A stretch of 64,000 nucleotides of DNA from the NCBI GenBank assembly GCA_030390025.1, contig CM059432.1, positions 24,306,001 to 24,370,000 of the forward strand. Direction: 5' to 3'. Source of the DNA: Squalus acanthias. Taxonomy: Eukaryota. Under the pieces are notes generated by a model. It was not told the origin of the DNA, ran no database searches, and saw only the letters and a program-made list of their open reading frames with translations. The translations under genes were made by a program, and so were the position numbers. Positions 36,813-48,770 of the stretch are shown here, one piece after another (the first letter of the stretch is position 1; every line of letters starts with the position of its first letter).

Positions 36813-36906
36813 ACCTCCATGTTTTGTTACAAGTTGATTAAAGCCTTGCTTTATGTTCAAGTGCGTAGTGAGTCTTTATTACATCAACGTGATTAAAAGA
36901 TATTTG

Positions 36907-37052
36907 TGCCAGGAATTTCCTAGGGGTTTCTCCTGATTGGCCGCCATAACATCAGCTGAAGATGGGCGGAAAGCCCGGATGCACCGCTTGACTGGAGTTT
37001 TCGTCCGAGTTACAGCAGCCAATCCGGAGAATCCACGAGGAAATTCCTGGTG
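36907..37052. mobile_element. Small hairpin MITE
   Basis: ~40-bp imperfect inverted ends CCAGGAATTTCCT.../...AGGAAATTCCTGG. Confidence 0.65.
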
Positions 37053-37249
37053 TTATAGTTCAGCACAAGTCAATATATTGTTTAAAACGACACCATCATC
37101 CTTCACCAGCCAAACCTGTACTGACAATATAATGGGTGTGGCTGACATTTTAAGAAAGAACAAAAGAAAGTGTGAAATGGGAAAAGGACCATCATGCTCC
37201 TTCCCTCCACAACCCACATGTCATCTGCACCATTAAGAATGTTATCCAA

Positions 37250-37431
37250 AATAACAACAGAAAATGCTGGAAACACTCAGCAGGCCAGGCAGCATCTGTG
37301 GAGAGAGAAACAGAGTTAACGTTTCAGGTCTGTGACCGTTCTTCCAGTTCTGACAAAGAGTCACAGACCCAAAACATTAACTCTGTTTCTTGTTATTTCA
37401 GATTTCCAGCATCCGCAGTATTTTGCTATTG
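37250..37431. mobile_element. Penelope family A fold-back mini-element (older, degenerate hammerheads)
   Basis: 16-bp TSD TAAGAATGTTATCCAA at 37234-37249 and 37432-37447; inverted pLTR halves plus tail. Confidence 0.85.
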
Positions 37432-37532
37432 TAAGAATGTTATCCAACCCTTCTTTCCCCTGTCTCATTTTGACTCCTCTGTTGCTGAGACAGCATTAGG
37501 ACTACTTTCAGATTGTTTTGTAAAGGACACCA

Positions 37533-37994
37533 AGAAAAAAAACTTGCATTTTTATAGCACCTTTCATGACCACTGGACATCCCAAAGTGCTTTACAGCAA
37601 ATGAATTACTTTTTGAAGTGTAGTCACTGTTGTAATGTAGGAAACGCGGCACCAAATTTGCGCTCAGCAAGCTCCCACAAACAGCAAAGTGATAATAACC
37701 AGGCAATCTGTTTTTTAGTGATGTTGATTGAGGGATAAATATTGGCCAGGATACCGGGGATAACTCCCCTGCTCTTCTTTGAAATAGTGCCATGGGATCT
37801 TTTATGTCCACCTGAGAGAGTAGACGGGACCTTGGTTTAATATCTCATCCGAAAGAGGGCACATCCGATTAGTGCAGCACTACTGCAGTAGAGTGTCAGC
37901 TTAGGTTTTTGTGCTCAAGTCCCTGGAGTGGGTCTTGAACCCACAACCTTCTGACGTAGAGGCAAGGGTGCTACCCACTGAGCCACGGCTGACA
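37533..37994 (-). mobile_element. Full-length Deu-domain SINE (SacSINE1-like)
   Basis: tRNA head TGTCAGCCGTGGCTCAGTGGGTAGC...GGTTCAAG, Deu core, L2 tail. Confidence 0.85.
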
Positions 37995-38439
37995 AAGAGC
38001 AGTGTTTCACAATCCTTGTCACAATTTATCATACCCATCTCCCCCAATTTGTGTCATCAGCAAATTTCAAAATAATTTCCTCAGTTCCAAAGTACAGATC
38101 ATTTATGTTTGTAAAAAATGAGCAACACCAAGATAGAACCTTGTCGAACACCACTCACCACATCTTTACAGTTGAAGAACCTTCCTTTTACCCCCACATT
38201 TTGCTTCTTTTCTTGTGCCATTACCTTTGCCATAAGTCTCTACAGAATTTTAGAAAATTCTAGTTAAAGTCTATTTCTTCCCGAGCTCCCCTTGGGATCC
38301 TCAGATGTAAACCATCGGGTCCAGATGATGTGTCTATGTTAAGTTTGAGTAATCTTTGAACAATATACCTCCACTATCTGACTGTGCCCATCTCTGGTGG
38401 TTCAACAATCCCACTATACATCTTTGAAAATTTAGTCAA

Positions 38440-39040
38440 AGTAAAAGTAGAGAAGTTATGCTGAACCTTTATAAAGCGCTGGTTAGGCCACAAGTGGAGC
38501 ATTACGTCCAGTTCTGGTCACCACACTTTAGGAAGGATGTGAAGGCCCTTGAAAGAGTGCAGAGGAGATTTACCAGAATGGTTCCGGGGATGGGGGATCT
38601 TAGCTACAAGGACAGGTCGGAGAAGCTGGATTTGTTTTCATTAGAGCAAAGGAGGTTGAGGGGTGATTTGATAGAGGTGTACAAGATTATGACGGGTTTG
38701 GATAGGCTAGACGGGGAAAGGCTATTCCCACTAGTTGATGGTACAAGGACTAGGGAACACAGATTTAAGGTTTTGGGCAAGAGATACAGGGGGGATGTGA
38801 GGAAAAACTTTTTTACGCAGCGAGTGGTGATGACCTGGAATTCGCTGCCGACGGAAGTGGTGGAAGCGGAGACACTCAATGTTTTCAAGGGGAGACTGGA
38901 TAGGCACTTGAGGGAAATAAACTTGCAGGGCTACATGGATAGAGCGGGGGAATGGGACTGACTGGATTGCTCTACAGAGAGCCGGCACAGACTCGATGGG
39001 CCGAATGGCCTCCTTCTGTGCCGTTATGTCTCTATGACTC
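38440..39040 (+). mobile_element. CR1 3' fragment
   Basis: ORF 38458..38961 FWSPHFRKD...WNSLP. Confidence 0.9.
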
Positions 39041-39265
39041 TATTTATTTAGTGTCTCTTCCATTGCATTACTTTTCACTTTCTTCTTTATCTCGTAGCAG
39101 CTCCAGCACTACCTTAACTATCTTCTTACTAATGTGACTATGGAAAACTTTAATATCTTTTATGTATTTTGCTCATTTTCTCTCACACTGCCTTTTATAT
39201 TTTCCAATCTCCCCTTTTGTAGCTTTCTTATATTCCATCTTTTTGACCTGACTTTCATTTTTGTT

Positions 39266-40554
39266 GACCCAAAAATTGCGGTTGGCGGCGTAACTACGGA
39301 GTCCGCCGCCAACCTCCGAAAAGTATACAAACTTACCTTGTACGAGGCCCAGAACGTAGGCTTGCTCTTCGTGGCTGCAGAGTTGTGCGCAGCGTCGTAC
39401 ATCACGAAGGCCAGGAGCGCAGTACAAGGGAAGTCACGTCCACTAAATCTGTCAAAACTAAGCCACGCCCACAGAAACTTCTTTCAGTCTCTTCCATTGA
39501 AATTACATTTTTAAAACTTGAAATTAAACTGGCGCTTGGATTTATTTCATATATCAGCATTTTGTTAAAATGATGTAACCAAATACCAACAATAATTTGG
39601 CATTTGTTTTCCAGTTGAAGGTCAAAAAAGATAATTTGAGGTCAATGGAAAGATTCTCGTCCGTTGGCCGTTTACTAAAGTGAAATAAATCGTTTAGCCG
39701 TCCAACCTCCTATTGAGGTTAAAACAGTTTCAATCACTTGGGAAGTGTATTAAACGTTATTTATATTACATACTAAGAAACATGTTCCTTTTCTTATTTG
39801 CACGAAGGAGCATTGTAGAGCGTTGTAGAGTGTTTTGCAAGCCCAAAGAATTACCTGTGCAGTACTTCAAACATCCCGGCTTTGTAAATTAAGGATGTGT
39901 TCGGATTTATTTTATGTAAATCAGGTAAGTTTTTATACTTTTAAGGCTAGCATTTAATATCCTGTCAAAGGTCCATTACGACGGATTATGATTCAACAGC
40001 ACTGAACGACGTTGGCAATGATCCTTCTGATTTACGATACATCATGCACGTCACACACCAGCTGTGGGGCAGCTTTAAATGTATTATATAAAATAATTAA
40101 ATAGCAAAATGGTTTTATTTCATACGTTTGGAGGAAGTATAAATGATCTGTGCCAAATGCCCAGTTCTTGATCATACAATTGGAGTGCAGAAAACATTGG
40201 TAATTTTTAATATTATTTGTCATATTTTATATTTTTAATGTTTCTAAATGTTGCCACCAGGTACATGTATTTTATTGTGAAACGATACCAGAACGGTTAA
40301 CAATCCTTTCAGACGCACTCAAATGGGCTCCTGTGCCTGCTTTCACTAACCGTAAAATTTTCAGACGTAATTGCTGGGCAGTTGATGGGCAATTAGCCCA
40401 ACTCTGCGCCAGCAATAAGTATTTCCCCGTCGGTGTGGATCTTGACAGGTCGCAAGGTCGGGATTTAGCATATGCGAACTTGCTGTCAATTTCAAAGGCG
40501 GTATGACGGCGTACTCTCAGAGTATCCCATCATACCCACCGCAAAATCTGCCCC
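39266..40554. mobile_element. 1.29-kb non-autonomous Harbinger-type element
   Basis: GACCCAAAAATTGCGG / CCGCAAAATCTGCCCC; exact 3-bp TSD GTT. Confidence 0.75.
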
Positions 40555-40647
40555 GTTATCTACCCTTTAAGCACCATATGCTTCATTTTTTTGCGTTTCA
40601 AATTTGATCTCCCTATTCATCCATACAACCTCGGTCTTTGACACACT

Positions 40648-41227
40648 GGGGTTAATTTTCACTGCCTTCATCTGGTGTTAACAGCTTCACAATGGGGTCA
40701 GTGGCCTTACCGCTCATTAAGACTGGCGATGCAGCCTGCTCCATTTTAAAAGAGGTCTACTGATGGGTGTCCAAAGCGCCTGCCTGCTTCAGGTGATAGG
40801 CCCCTTTTAATGTAGAAACCGGGGTCCTGTGACGTAATTAGGACCCCGATTGTCATTTTAGCTAGGAACTAGCCGGAGCCTGCACACTGCATGGGCAATG
40901 GAAGAGAAGAGAGCCCTCTAAAGGCAAGTCTTGAATTATTTTTGTGGACCCCAGAGGAGCAGGAATGTAATCATCTGGGCTGCTGCTACCCCAGGACCCA
41001 ACACTCTCTGCGACCATAACCCCGACTCTGCTGGCGGCAGCTCCTGCCCGATTTCTTGTGTTTAATCTGGTGAGTTGCACTGGGACGCCTGTTTACTGCC
41101 CTGCAGCTTGCGTGGTGAATTTAAATGAGTCCACAGCCTCTAAATGGCAGGGGCCTTGATGCCATCAGAATGGGTGACCCATCAGAGCACTCTGCCAGTC
41201 AGTTGCCCAAAAGTCAAAATCGACCCC
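40648..41227. mobile_element. Harbinger-type MITE
   Basis: GGGGTTAATTTTCACT / AGTCAAAATCGACCCC; exact TSD ACT. Confidence 0.85.
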
Positions 41228-41702
41228 ACTCTCGTTTTCCCTCGCTGGAATATATTTTGATTTACATTCCTATATTCTCCTGTTTAAATATTTCCCTTAA
41301 TTGATTTATTTGCCAATTATTCCTTCCATTCATATCTGTTCAGATCAGGAACTAAGCAAGGCGTTGATCATCCAACCTATTTAATCTCCTGAAGGAAGAT
41401 GCTACAAAGGATTTTCCTCTCACGCTCCCTCTTCATCTTCTCAAAGCCAAATTGAGTGAAACGCCAGAATCTAGCCTTATTCTTTAAATTATTTATCATT
41501 GAGTGTTTGCTTTCCTTGTCATGATACTTTCATGCTCCCAGCAGCTCAGGCACCATCCCGTTCCACACAGTATTCAATAATCCCTGCCTGCACTTACTTA
41601 TCCAACCCTCAATCCTGTTCTAAACCAGATATTCATGCAGTTCATTTTTGTTTAGGATGCAAATTTTGCTGAGGCCCTGTTGGGAAAAAAAATCTCAAGT
41701 TT

Positions 41703-42420
41703 TTTAAAAATTCATTTATGGGATGTGGGCGTCGCTGGCAAGGCCAGCATTTATTGCCCATACCTAATTGCCCTTGAGAAGGTGGTGGTGAGCTGCCTTC
41801 TTGAATTGCTGCAGTCCGTGTGGTGAAGGTACTCCCACAGTGCTGTTAGGGAAGGAGTTCCAGGATTTTGATCCAGCGACGATGAAGGATCGGCGATATA
41901 CTTCTAAGTCAGGATGGTGTGTGACTTGGAGGGGAACATGGAGGTGTTGGTGTTCCCATGCGCCTGCTGCCCTTGTCCTTCTAGGTGGAAGAGGTTGCGG
42001 GTTTGGGAGGTGCTGCCGAAGAAGCCTTGGCGAGTTGCTGCAGTGCATCTTGTAGATAATACACACTGCAGCCACGGTACGCCGGTGGTGGAGGGAGTGA
42101 ATGTTTAAGGTGGTGGATGTGGTGCCAATCAAGCGGGCTGCTTTGTCCTGGATGGTGTCGAGCTTCTTGAGTGTTGTTGGAGCTGCACTCATCCAGGCAA
42201 GTGGAGAGTATTCCATCACACTCCTTACTTGTGTCTTGTAGATGGTGAAAAGGCTTTGGGGAGTCAGGAGGTGAGACACTCGCCGCAGAATACCTAGCAT
42301 CATTGAGGATGGGGATATTCATGGAGCCTCCACCTCCCGTTAGTTATTTAATGGTCCACCACCATTCACGACTGGATGTGACAGGATGCAGAGCTTTGAT
42401 CTAATCCATTGATTGTGGGA
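41703..42420 (-). mobile_element. Zenon-like LINE 3' part
   Basis: ORF 41764..42303. Confidence 0.88.
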
Positions 42421-42859
42421 TCATTGTGGATAGTTAACTTTGTGCTTGTGTTCCTCAATGTGCTCATATTCCTCTCTAAATAACTTGTTTGCATCCAAAT
42501 TATCTTAAGGTGCTTTTATATTGTGCTTACTGCCATGCAAGTGCCACGACTGCTTAGTAAAAATGCATCTCCCAGGCTGCTGGCCTTAACAATTCTGACA
42601 AGCTTACTTCGATGTTGCAGCTGTCTGTGTGGGATCTGTGCATTGGGAGCTAGTACCAGCAAAGTAGTAGACCATATATTCAAACCCCATTCCCCTCCCC
42701 ATAGTGAAAGCAGTAACAAATATAAGTATGGTTGCATTTAAATCCATTTTTTTTTTTGGATACTGTAATGAAATGAGTGAGGAATTTAAAATACATTTTC
42801 CTTGCTGACACTTCTAAGAGCAAGATTTCCTCTGGTTTCTGTGTGCTAGTGATAAAGAG

Positions 42860-43280
42860 GGGTCATGAGTCAGTGGGTCGAATTCTTGCCTATGAATTAG
42901 AAAGTTATGAGTACGAGCCTCAATCTAAGATAAGAGTGTATAATCTAGCTGGATACTAAAATGAAGCACTGACAGAGTGCTGCGCTATTGGACGTGATGT
43001 TAGACTGAAGTCACATCTTCTGTTCCAGTGGTTCAGAGAGACATTAAAGATCTCATCCCGCTATTTGAAGAAGAGCAGGGATTTCTCACACAATCTTAAC
43101 CAACATCCCTTCCTCAACCAAAAACCACCAAAAACAATCCGATTAACTGATCATTCATCTTGGCTTTTTGTGAAGCCTTGGTGCATCAGTCACTGCACTT
43201 CAAACTCCTTTGTTGTACAGCAGAGTGCTTTGGGATGTTTCTTTGAGATGTGAGAAGGTGCGATATAAATACAGGTTCTT
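42860..43280 (+). mobile_element. Degenerate Deu-SINE
   Basis: ATTAAAGATCTCAT...GAAGAGCAGGG core and L2-like tail. Confidence 0.6.
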
Positions 43281-43448
43281 TGTTTCCTGCCATAAAGACA
43301 GCAGGAAGATTTCTGATTTCTATTTCTAGTGAAATCATAAACAAATTCTGTAAAGATGCTTTACAAGCTGGTTGGAAATAGGCACCACAATAAATCTTGC
43401 CATTGTACTTACAACAACAACGAGTTGCATATATATATAAATTACATC

Positions 43449-44190
43449 TGCCCAGAAATTGATCTCGCTCTGTTCCCGCGGGGGTAAGGAGCAGGCGCGA
43501 TCTCTCACTCCGCGTTGGCTTTTTCAGATCCAGCTCGCACGAACTTGATGTTCCAGACATCAGCTGGGCAGTGCTTGCGTATCCCACCGGCGTAGTGAAT
43601 TTGTGCGAGCTGTGGGATCACGTGACTCAGTTAGAGCCAATGGCAGCACACCATCTTCCATTCATAAGTTTCACATACGTGCTGTGAAAGCTATGAATCT
43701 TACACACACCCAAAATAACAGCTAAACCTCAATTAAATTTAAAAAAAACCATCACATTAATAAAATAAGTATAGTTAAATAAATTAACCATTTTAAATAA
43801 AAAATTAAATTTTTGAAAAAATTTAAAATCTTTTAAAAAGTTATAAAAATAAACTTACCTGTCTTTAAAGTCTCTAAAAAAGATATACCTGTTAAAAAAA
43901 ATTCAAAATAATACTTAATTCACTACTTACCTTGTTAAAAGTGGGTCTTACTCCTCCTTTTTTCATTTGTAAAATCTTCCGTCCTTACCTGCGCGTCCAA
44001 AGCACTAAGTGCACAGCGTGCGCGCAGCCTGTAGCGCGCACGCGGTGCACCGAGGAACCGCCCCCTTTTCCAAAGACCAAGTGCCGGTTTTCAGCGCATG
44101 CGCAGTGCATGCAGAAAACCGGCAATTGGAGAGAGAATACGCGAGAGTACGCAGTGCGTACTCTCGCGTAGCGGCATCAATTTTTGGCCC
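43449..44190. mobile_element. Harbinger-type MITE inserted in an L2 tail (43410-44370, -)
   Basis: TGCCCAGAAATTGAT / ATCAATTTTTGGCCC; TSD ATC. Confidence 0.8.
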
Positions 44191-44694
44191 ATCATCTTTA
44201 ATTAGAAACCATCCCAAGGTACTTCACAGAGATGCAAGTAAAAAATGGACACCGAACCAAAGAAGAGGATGTTAAGAGGGGTTAGCAAAAGCTTGGTCAA
44301 AGAGTGGTGTTTTAAGGAGGGTTTTAAAGGAGCAGAGGGAGGGGAAGAGGTTTAGTGAGGGAATTCCTGCAGGTACTGTACACAGCATTGATCTTGGCAA
44401 CCACTCACTGCCAAATAGGGAAAACAATCCCTCTTCGCATCCACCACATCCAGCAGCACCTCCACTTTACCAGCCAACAAGCAGGGGGTTTGCATGTTCA
44501 GTTGCTCCATCACTTGCCACAGACTGTTCCCTGCCTCAACATTTGTTTTGCCTTCTCCTGGGTTGCACCAGTCATTTCTTTTGGTCCGTGCAGATTTTGT
44601 TAGGGCTGGAAAATATAATTAAAGGCTTTGCAGTTTTTGGGCAGACAAAATATACCTTGACCATGTACCTTTAAGTGGCTGCACTGGTTTAGAA

Positions 44695-45215
44695 GTTGTG
44701 GGTAAATTTGAGCTCATCCAAAACTCTGCTGCTCGTATCCTAACTCGCACCAACACCCGTTCACCCATCACCCCTGTGCTCATAACCTAGAATGGTTCCC
44801 AGTCTAGCAACGCCTCAATTTTAAAACTCACACCCTTATTTTCAAATCCCTCCATGGCCTCGCCCCTCCCTATCTCTGTAACCTCCTCCAGCCCTACTGC
44901 CCTCTGAGATCTCTGCGTTCCTCCAATTCTGGCCTCTTGCGCATCCCTGATTTTCATTGCTGCATCATTGGCGGCTGTGCCTTTAGCTGCCTGGACCCTA
45001 AGCTCTGGAATTCCCTCTCTAAACCTCTCCACCTCTCTACCTCTCTTTCCTCCTTTAAGACGCTCCTTAAAACCTATCACTTTGACCAAGCCTGCCCTAA
45101 TATCTCCTTATGTGGCTCGGTGTCGAATTTTGTTTGCTAACACTCCTCTGAAGTGCTTTTGGACATTTTACTATGTTAAAGGTGCAATAAGATGCAAGTT
45201 GTTGTTGTTGTTGTT
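44695..45215 (+). mobile_element. L2 LINE 3' part
   Basis: IQNSAAR...KLWNSL...FKTLLKTY; (GTT)n tail. Confidence 0.88.
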
Positions 45216-45416
45216 AGTTGTAGCCCTTGAATGGATGACGGTACACATCATTTCCTGCTCCCTCTCGCCCCTTTGGCAAGCTGCCACTGGCAAGCCGAAT
45301 CCGAACCCAGAGCTTGTTACAAATCACATGAGATCAGCTGAGCATGATTTTGTACTGCACAAAGCCTTGATTCCACTATTTCAACACCAAGACTAAAAAA
45401 TCTATATTTTGGTTTT

Positions 45417-45653
45417 ACGATAGCAAAATACTGCGGATGCTGGAAATCTGAAATAACAACAGAAAACGCTGGAAAAACTCAGCAGGCCAGGCAGCATCCG
45501 TGGAGAGAGAAAGAGAGTTAACGTTTCAGGTCGATGACCTTTCGTCAGACGTGTTCTGACGAAAGGTCATCGACCTGAAACGTTAACTCTCTTTCTCTCT
45601 CCACGGATGCTGCCTGGCCTGCTGAGTTTTTCCAGCGTTTTCTGTTGTTATTT
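45417..45653. mobile_element. Penelope family A fold-back mini-element with two intact hammerhead motifs
   Basis: 99-bp inverted arms (45451-45549, 45555-45653) that read as perfect, 5-nt loop, 34-bp tail, 14-bp TSD TATATTTTGGTTTT. Confidence 0.92.
45553..45588 (+). ncRNA. Hammerhead ribozyme motif (mirror copy on - at ~45516-45549)
   Basis: GTT-CTGACGA-A-AGGTC ATC GACCT-GAAA-CGTT-AAC. Confidence 0.7.
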
Positions 45654-46914
45654 TATATTTTGGTTTTGTTTGGAGCTGATTTGAGGTGAAAGTACAGCTT
45701 TAATTATATTAAACAACCAAAAATATTGGTTGACTATTAGTTATGGAAGCTCTTGTGAGAGAATAAGATTGTACGAACGAGAAAAGGTTGTCAGCGATCA
45801 GGTCATTCCATCATCTGTATCATCTTTCAGGATCTAATTTGACTATTTTGCACCTTTGCCTTCTCCAAATCCATATCTTTTTACTCCTTGCTGAATCAGG
45901 AATCAATCTAACTCCACTTGAAAGCTTCAACTGAATCAGTATTTATTGCACCAGGCAGCTGTCTATTGCACAAGCCAATGATAAGCATAAATTATTCCTT
46001 ACGCTGAGTCTAGTTTATGGCTTTTTTTTTTAAAGTGTGTAGTCATGTCCTCTAATTTCTATGTCCTGATTTTCCATAAAATGTATCTACATATCTACTT
46101 TTTTGATTCAATATTTGCAGAGCCTCAAATACAAGACTGGAGTTTACTGAATATTCAAGAGGAGTGAGACATAAGCCTCAGTATGTTAAACCAATTAACC
46201 TAACATCTGTAGCAAGGGAAATGTTTGAGGGCATTGTACAGGATGATGTCCATGGATATATAAAAAGTACACAAGCCATAGGGGAACAATCAGCATGGTT
46301 TTACAAAAAATAGATTTTCCAATCATTGGTATTTTAATGGATTAACATTCATGTTAAATTAATACCAATTAGGAAATCTAGGTTAACAAGTCACCACACA
46401 ACACAGAGCGACAAAAATTATTTGTTTTTGAGTAACCAAGATTCTCGATGGATACAAATTAATTGTGGAAGTCATTGGATCAAGTTCTCCTGCATTATCG
46501 TCTATATAGAACTGAGCAAGTGAGGGTAGACTAAACCTCATGCATAATTTTTTTGGTATGGACACTGAGCCAAGTTAAATATAATTATGAAAACAAAACG
46601 TGGAGTCTTTTACTATTTTTATGCCCAAGAAGGTGTAAGTTAAACATTGTGTAATCAAGTGAAATTTGCGGTGTTAACCTTTTGCTGCTGTTTAACGTCT
46701 TGCTTCTTTAACAAAGCTAATTCGTAGCTTATAATTTAAGTCAAACGATTAATCATTTTTCCTTTGTCCAAAGGCTAGGAGAACACAAGACAGTTGCTAT
46801 TATTTTCAGTGAGCAAATTATAAGTAACAAAGGTGGCCTGTTTGATCTTGGTTTTGCTACATTATCAGATATCAAGCATGTAAATTTGGTTCATAGGGAT
46901 TGAGGGCTTACTTA

Positions 46915-48770
46915 CTTGGGGAGTCTAGAACCAGGGGCCACAGCCTCAGGATAAAGGGTAGGCCATTCAGGACTGAGATGAGAAGAAATTTCTTCACACA
47001 GAGGGTGGTGAATCTTTGGAATTCTCTACCCCAGAGGGCTGTGGAGGCTCAGTCATTGGGTATAAAACCGAAGTCGATAGATTTCTGACTAGTAAGGGCA
47101 TCAAGGGATATGGCGATAAGGTTGGTGAATGGAATTGAGGCAGAAGATCAGCCATGATCTCTTTGAATGGCGGAGCAGGCTCGAAGGGCTGAATGGCCTA
47201 CTCCTGCTCCTATTTCTTATGTTCTTACAGATCTCGGTATTAAGCACAAGAAAAATATCTGCCGGAAGTGCTAAACGTATAATAAATATAAGAAAGCTGA
47301 CAGCATTCGTACGGATTTGGACGTTAAGTGGATAGGATAGGGAATGGCAGATACATTTTAATATGGACAAATAGGTTGGTGGGATATTACTGAGATGGTA
47401 CAAATTTAGGACAGAATTAAAAGGGAGGTTAGAAAAACCCTTTACACAGAGGGTGGTTAGAGTGAAGAATTCTCAGCCACAATTCATTGTTGAAGCATTA
47501 ATTAAAAGGAAATTAGATAATTGCTTAAAAAAAGGAAGGATCTGGGAAGTGCATAGGTGAGTGGGATTAGACTAGGTCACTTGTGTGACGAAAAACATTG
47601 GCACAGACTTGACGAACCAAATGGTTTGTTTCTGTGCTATAATAATTCATGAGTCCAAGATTTTGTGAGGGTTCAGTGGTAGCAAAAAACGACTGTATTT
47701 CTTCATTCTAGCCATCTTCTGTGTAAAGAATTTTTATATCATTCCCTTTAATTCTATTCTACCTTAAATTTGTGCCATGTCACTATTTGTGCCCATGAAA
47801 ATAAGCTATCATTATAAATCTTTATTTCCTTCAAGACCTCTAATCTTCTCTGCTCTAGTGAAAAAATAATCCTAAAAGGCCATTTAGGAGTGAAATCAGG
47901 AAGCACTTTTTTGCACCAAGGGTGATGGAAATCTAAAACTCTCTCCCCCAAAAGGCTGTGGATGTTGGGTCAATTGAAATTTTCATGTCTGCGATCGATA
48001 GATTTTTGTTGGGTAAGGGTTTCAAGGGATATGGAATAAAGGCGAGTAAATCGAGTTGAAGTACAGATCAGCTATCGTCTAATTAAATGATGGAACAGGC
48101 TCGAGGGGCTGAATGTACTATTCCTGTTGCTATGTTCCTGTGTTTCCCAGGTAAAACATTAGCAGAACTCAAGGTGGAGAAGTCACCAGGCCTTGATGGG
48201 TGGTGAATAAAGTCAGAGAGGAGGCAGCAGAGGCAGTGGCCACAATGGAACTGGAGGGTGGCCAATGTAACAGCTTTGTTCAAGAAGGAGATGGATAAAA
48301 TGGTAACTATAGACCAGTGAGTACAACATCAGTAGTGGGAAAGCTCCTAGAATCAATAGCTGAAGATACAATTAAGCAAGCATTTAGAAATGCATGGGTT
48401 AATTAAGGGCAGCCAACATGGATTGGTTAAGGGCAAGTCATGCCTGACAAACTTAATAGAGCTTTTTGAAGAAGTGACCGATTGGAAAGATAAGGAGATG
48501 CAGTAGACGTAATGTATATGGATTTTTTAGAAAGGACTCAATAAGTCTCACAAGAGATTTGTTAAGAAAATTCAAGAGTATAGTTTAAGAGAATGTGTAG
48601 CTATGCCATTTAGGAGTGAAATCAGAAAGCACTTCTTAACACAAATTAACTCGCCAAAAGGTTGTGGATGTTGGGTCACCTGAAATTTTCAAGATTGAGA
48701 TCGATAGATTTTTGTCGGGTAAGGGTAATAAGGGCTGTGGATCAAAGGCGGGTAAATGGAGTTAAGATTC
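46915..48770 (+). mobile_element. Cluster of CR1 fragments (3' ends at ~46915-47230, 47380-47650, 47875-48140, 48605-48765; RT piece 48150-48600)
   Basis: RRNFFTQRVVNLWNSLP, NYRPVS and QHG..GKSCLTNL remnants. Confidence 0.75.

Noticed and set aside
37915..37994. tRNA gene
   Set aside because: tRNA-like head continuous with a Deu-SINE body and L2 tail; no full cloverleaf evident.
45417..45653. DNA-transposon MITE or pre-miRNA gene
   Set aside because: Sequence matches the Penelope pLTR, and it has an asymmetric tail and a 14-bp TSD, unlike DDE MITEs.
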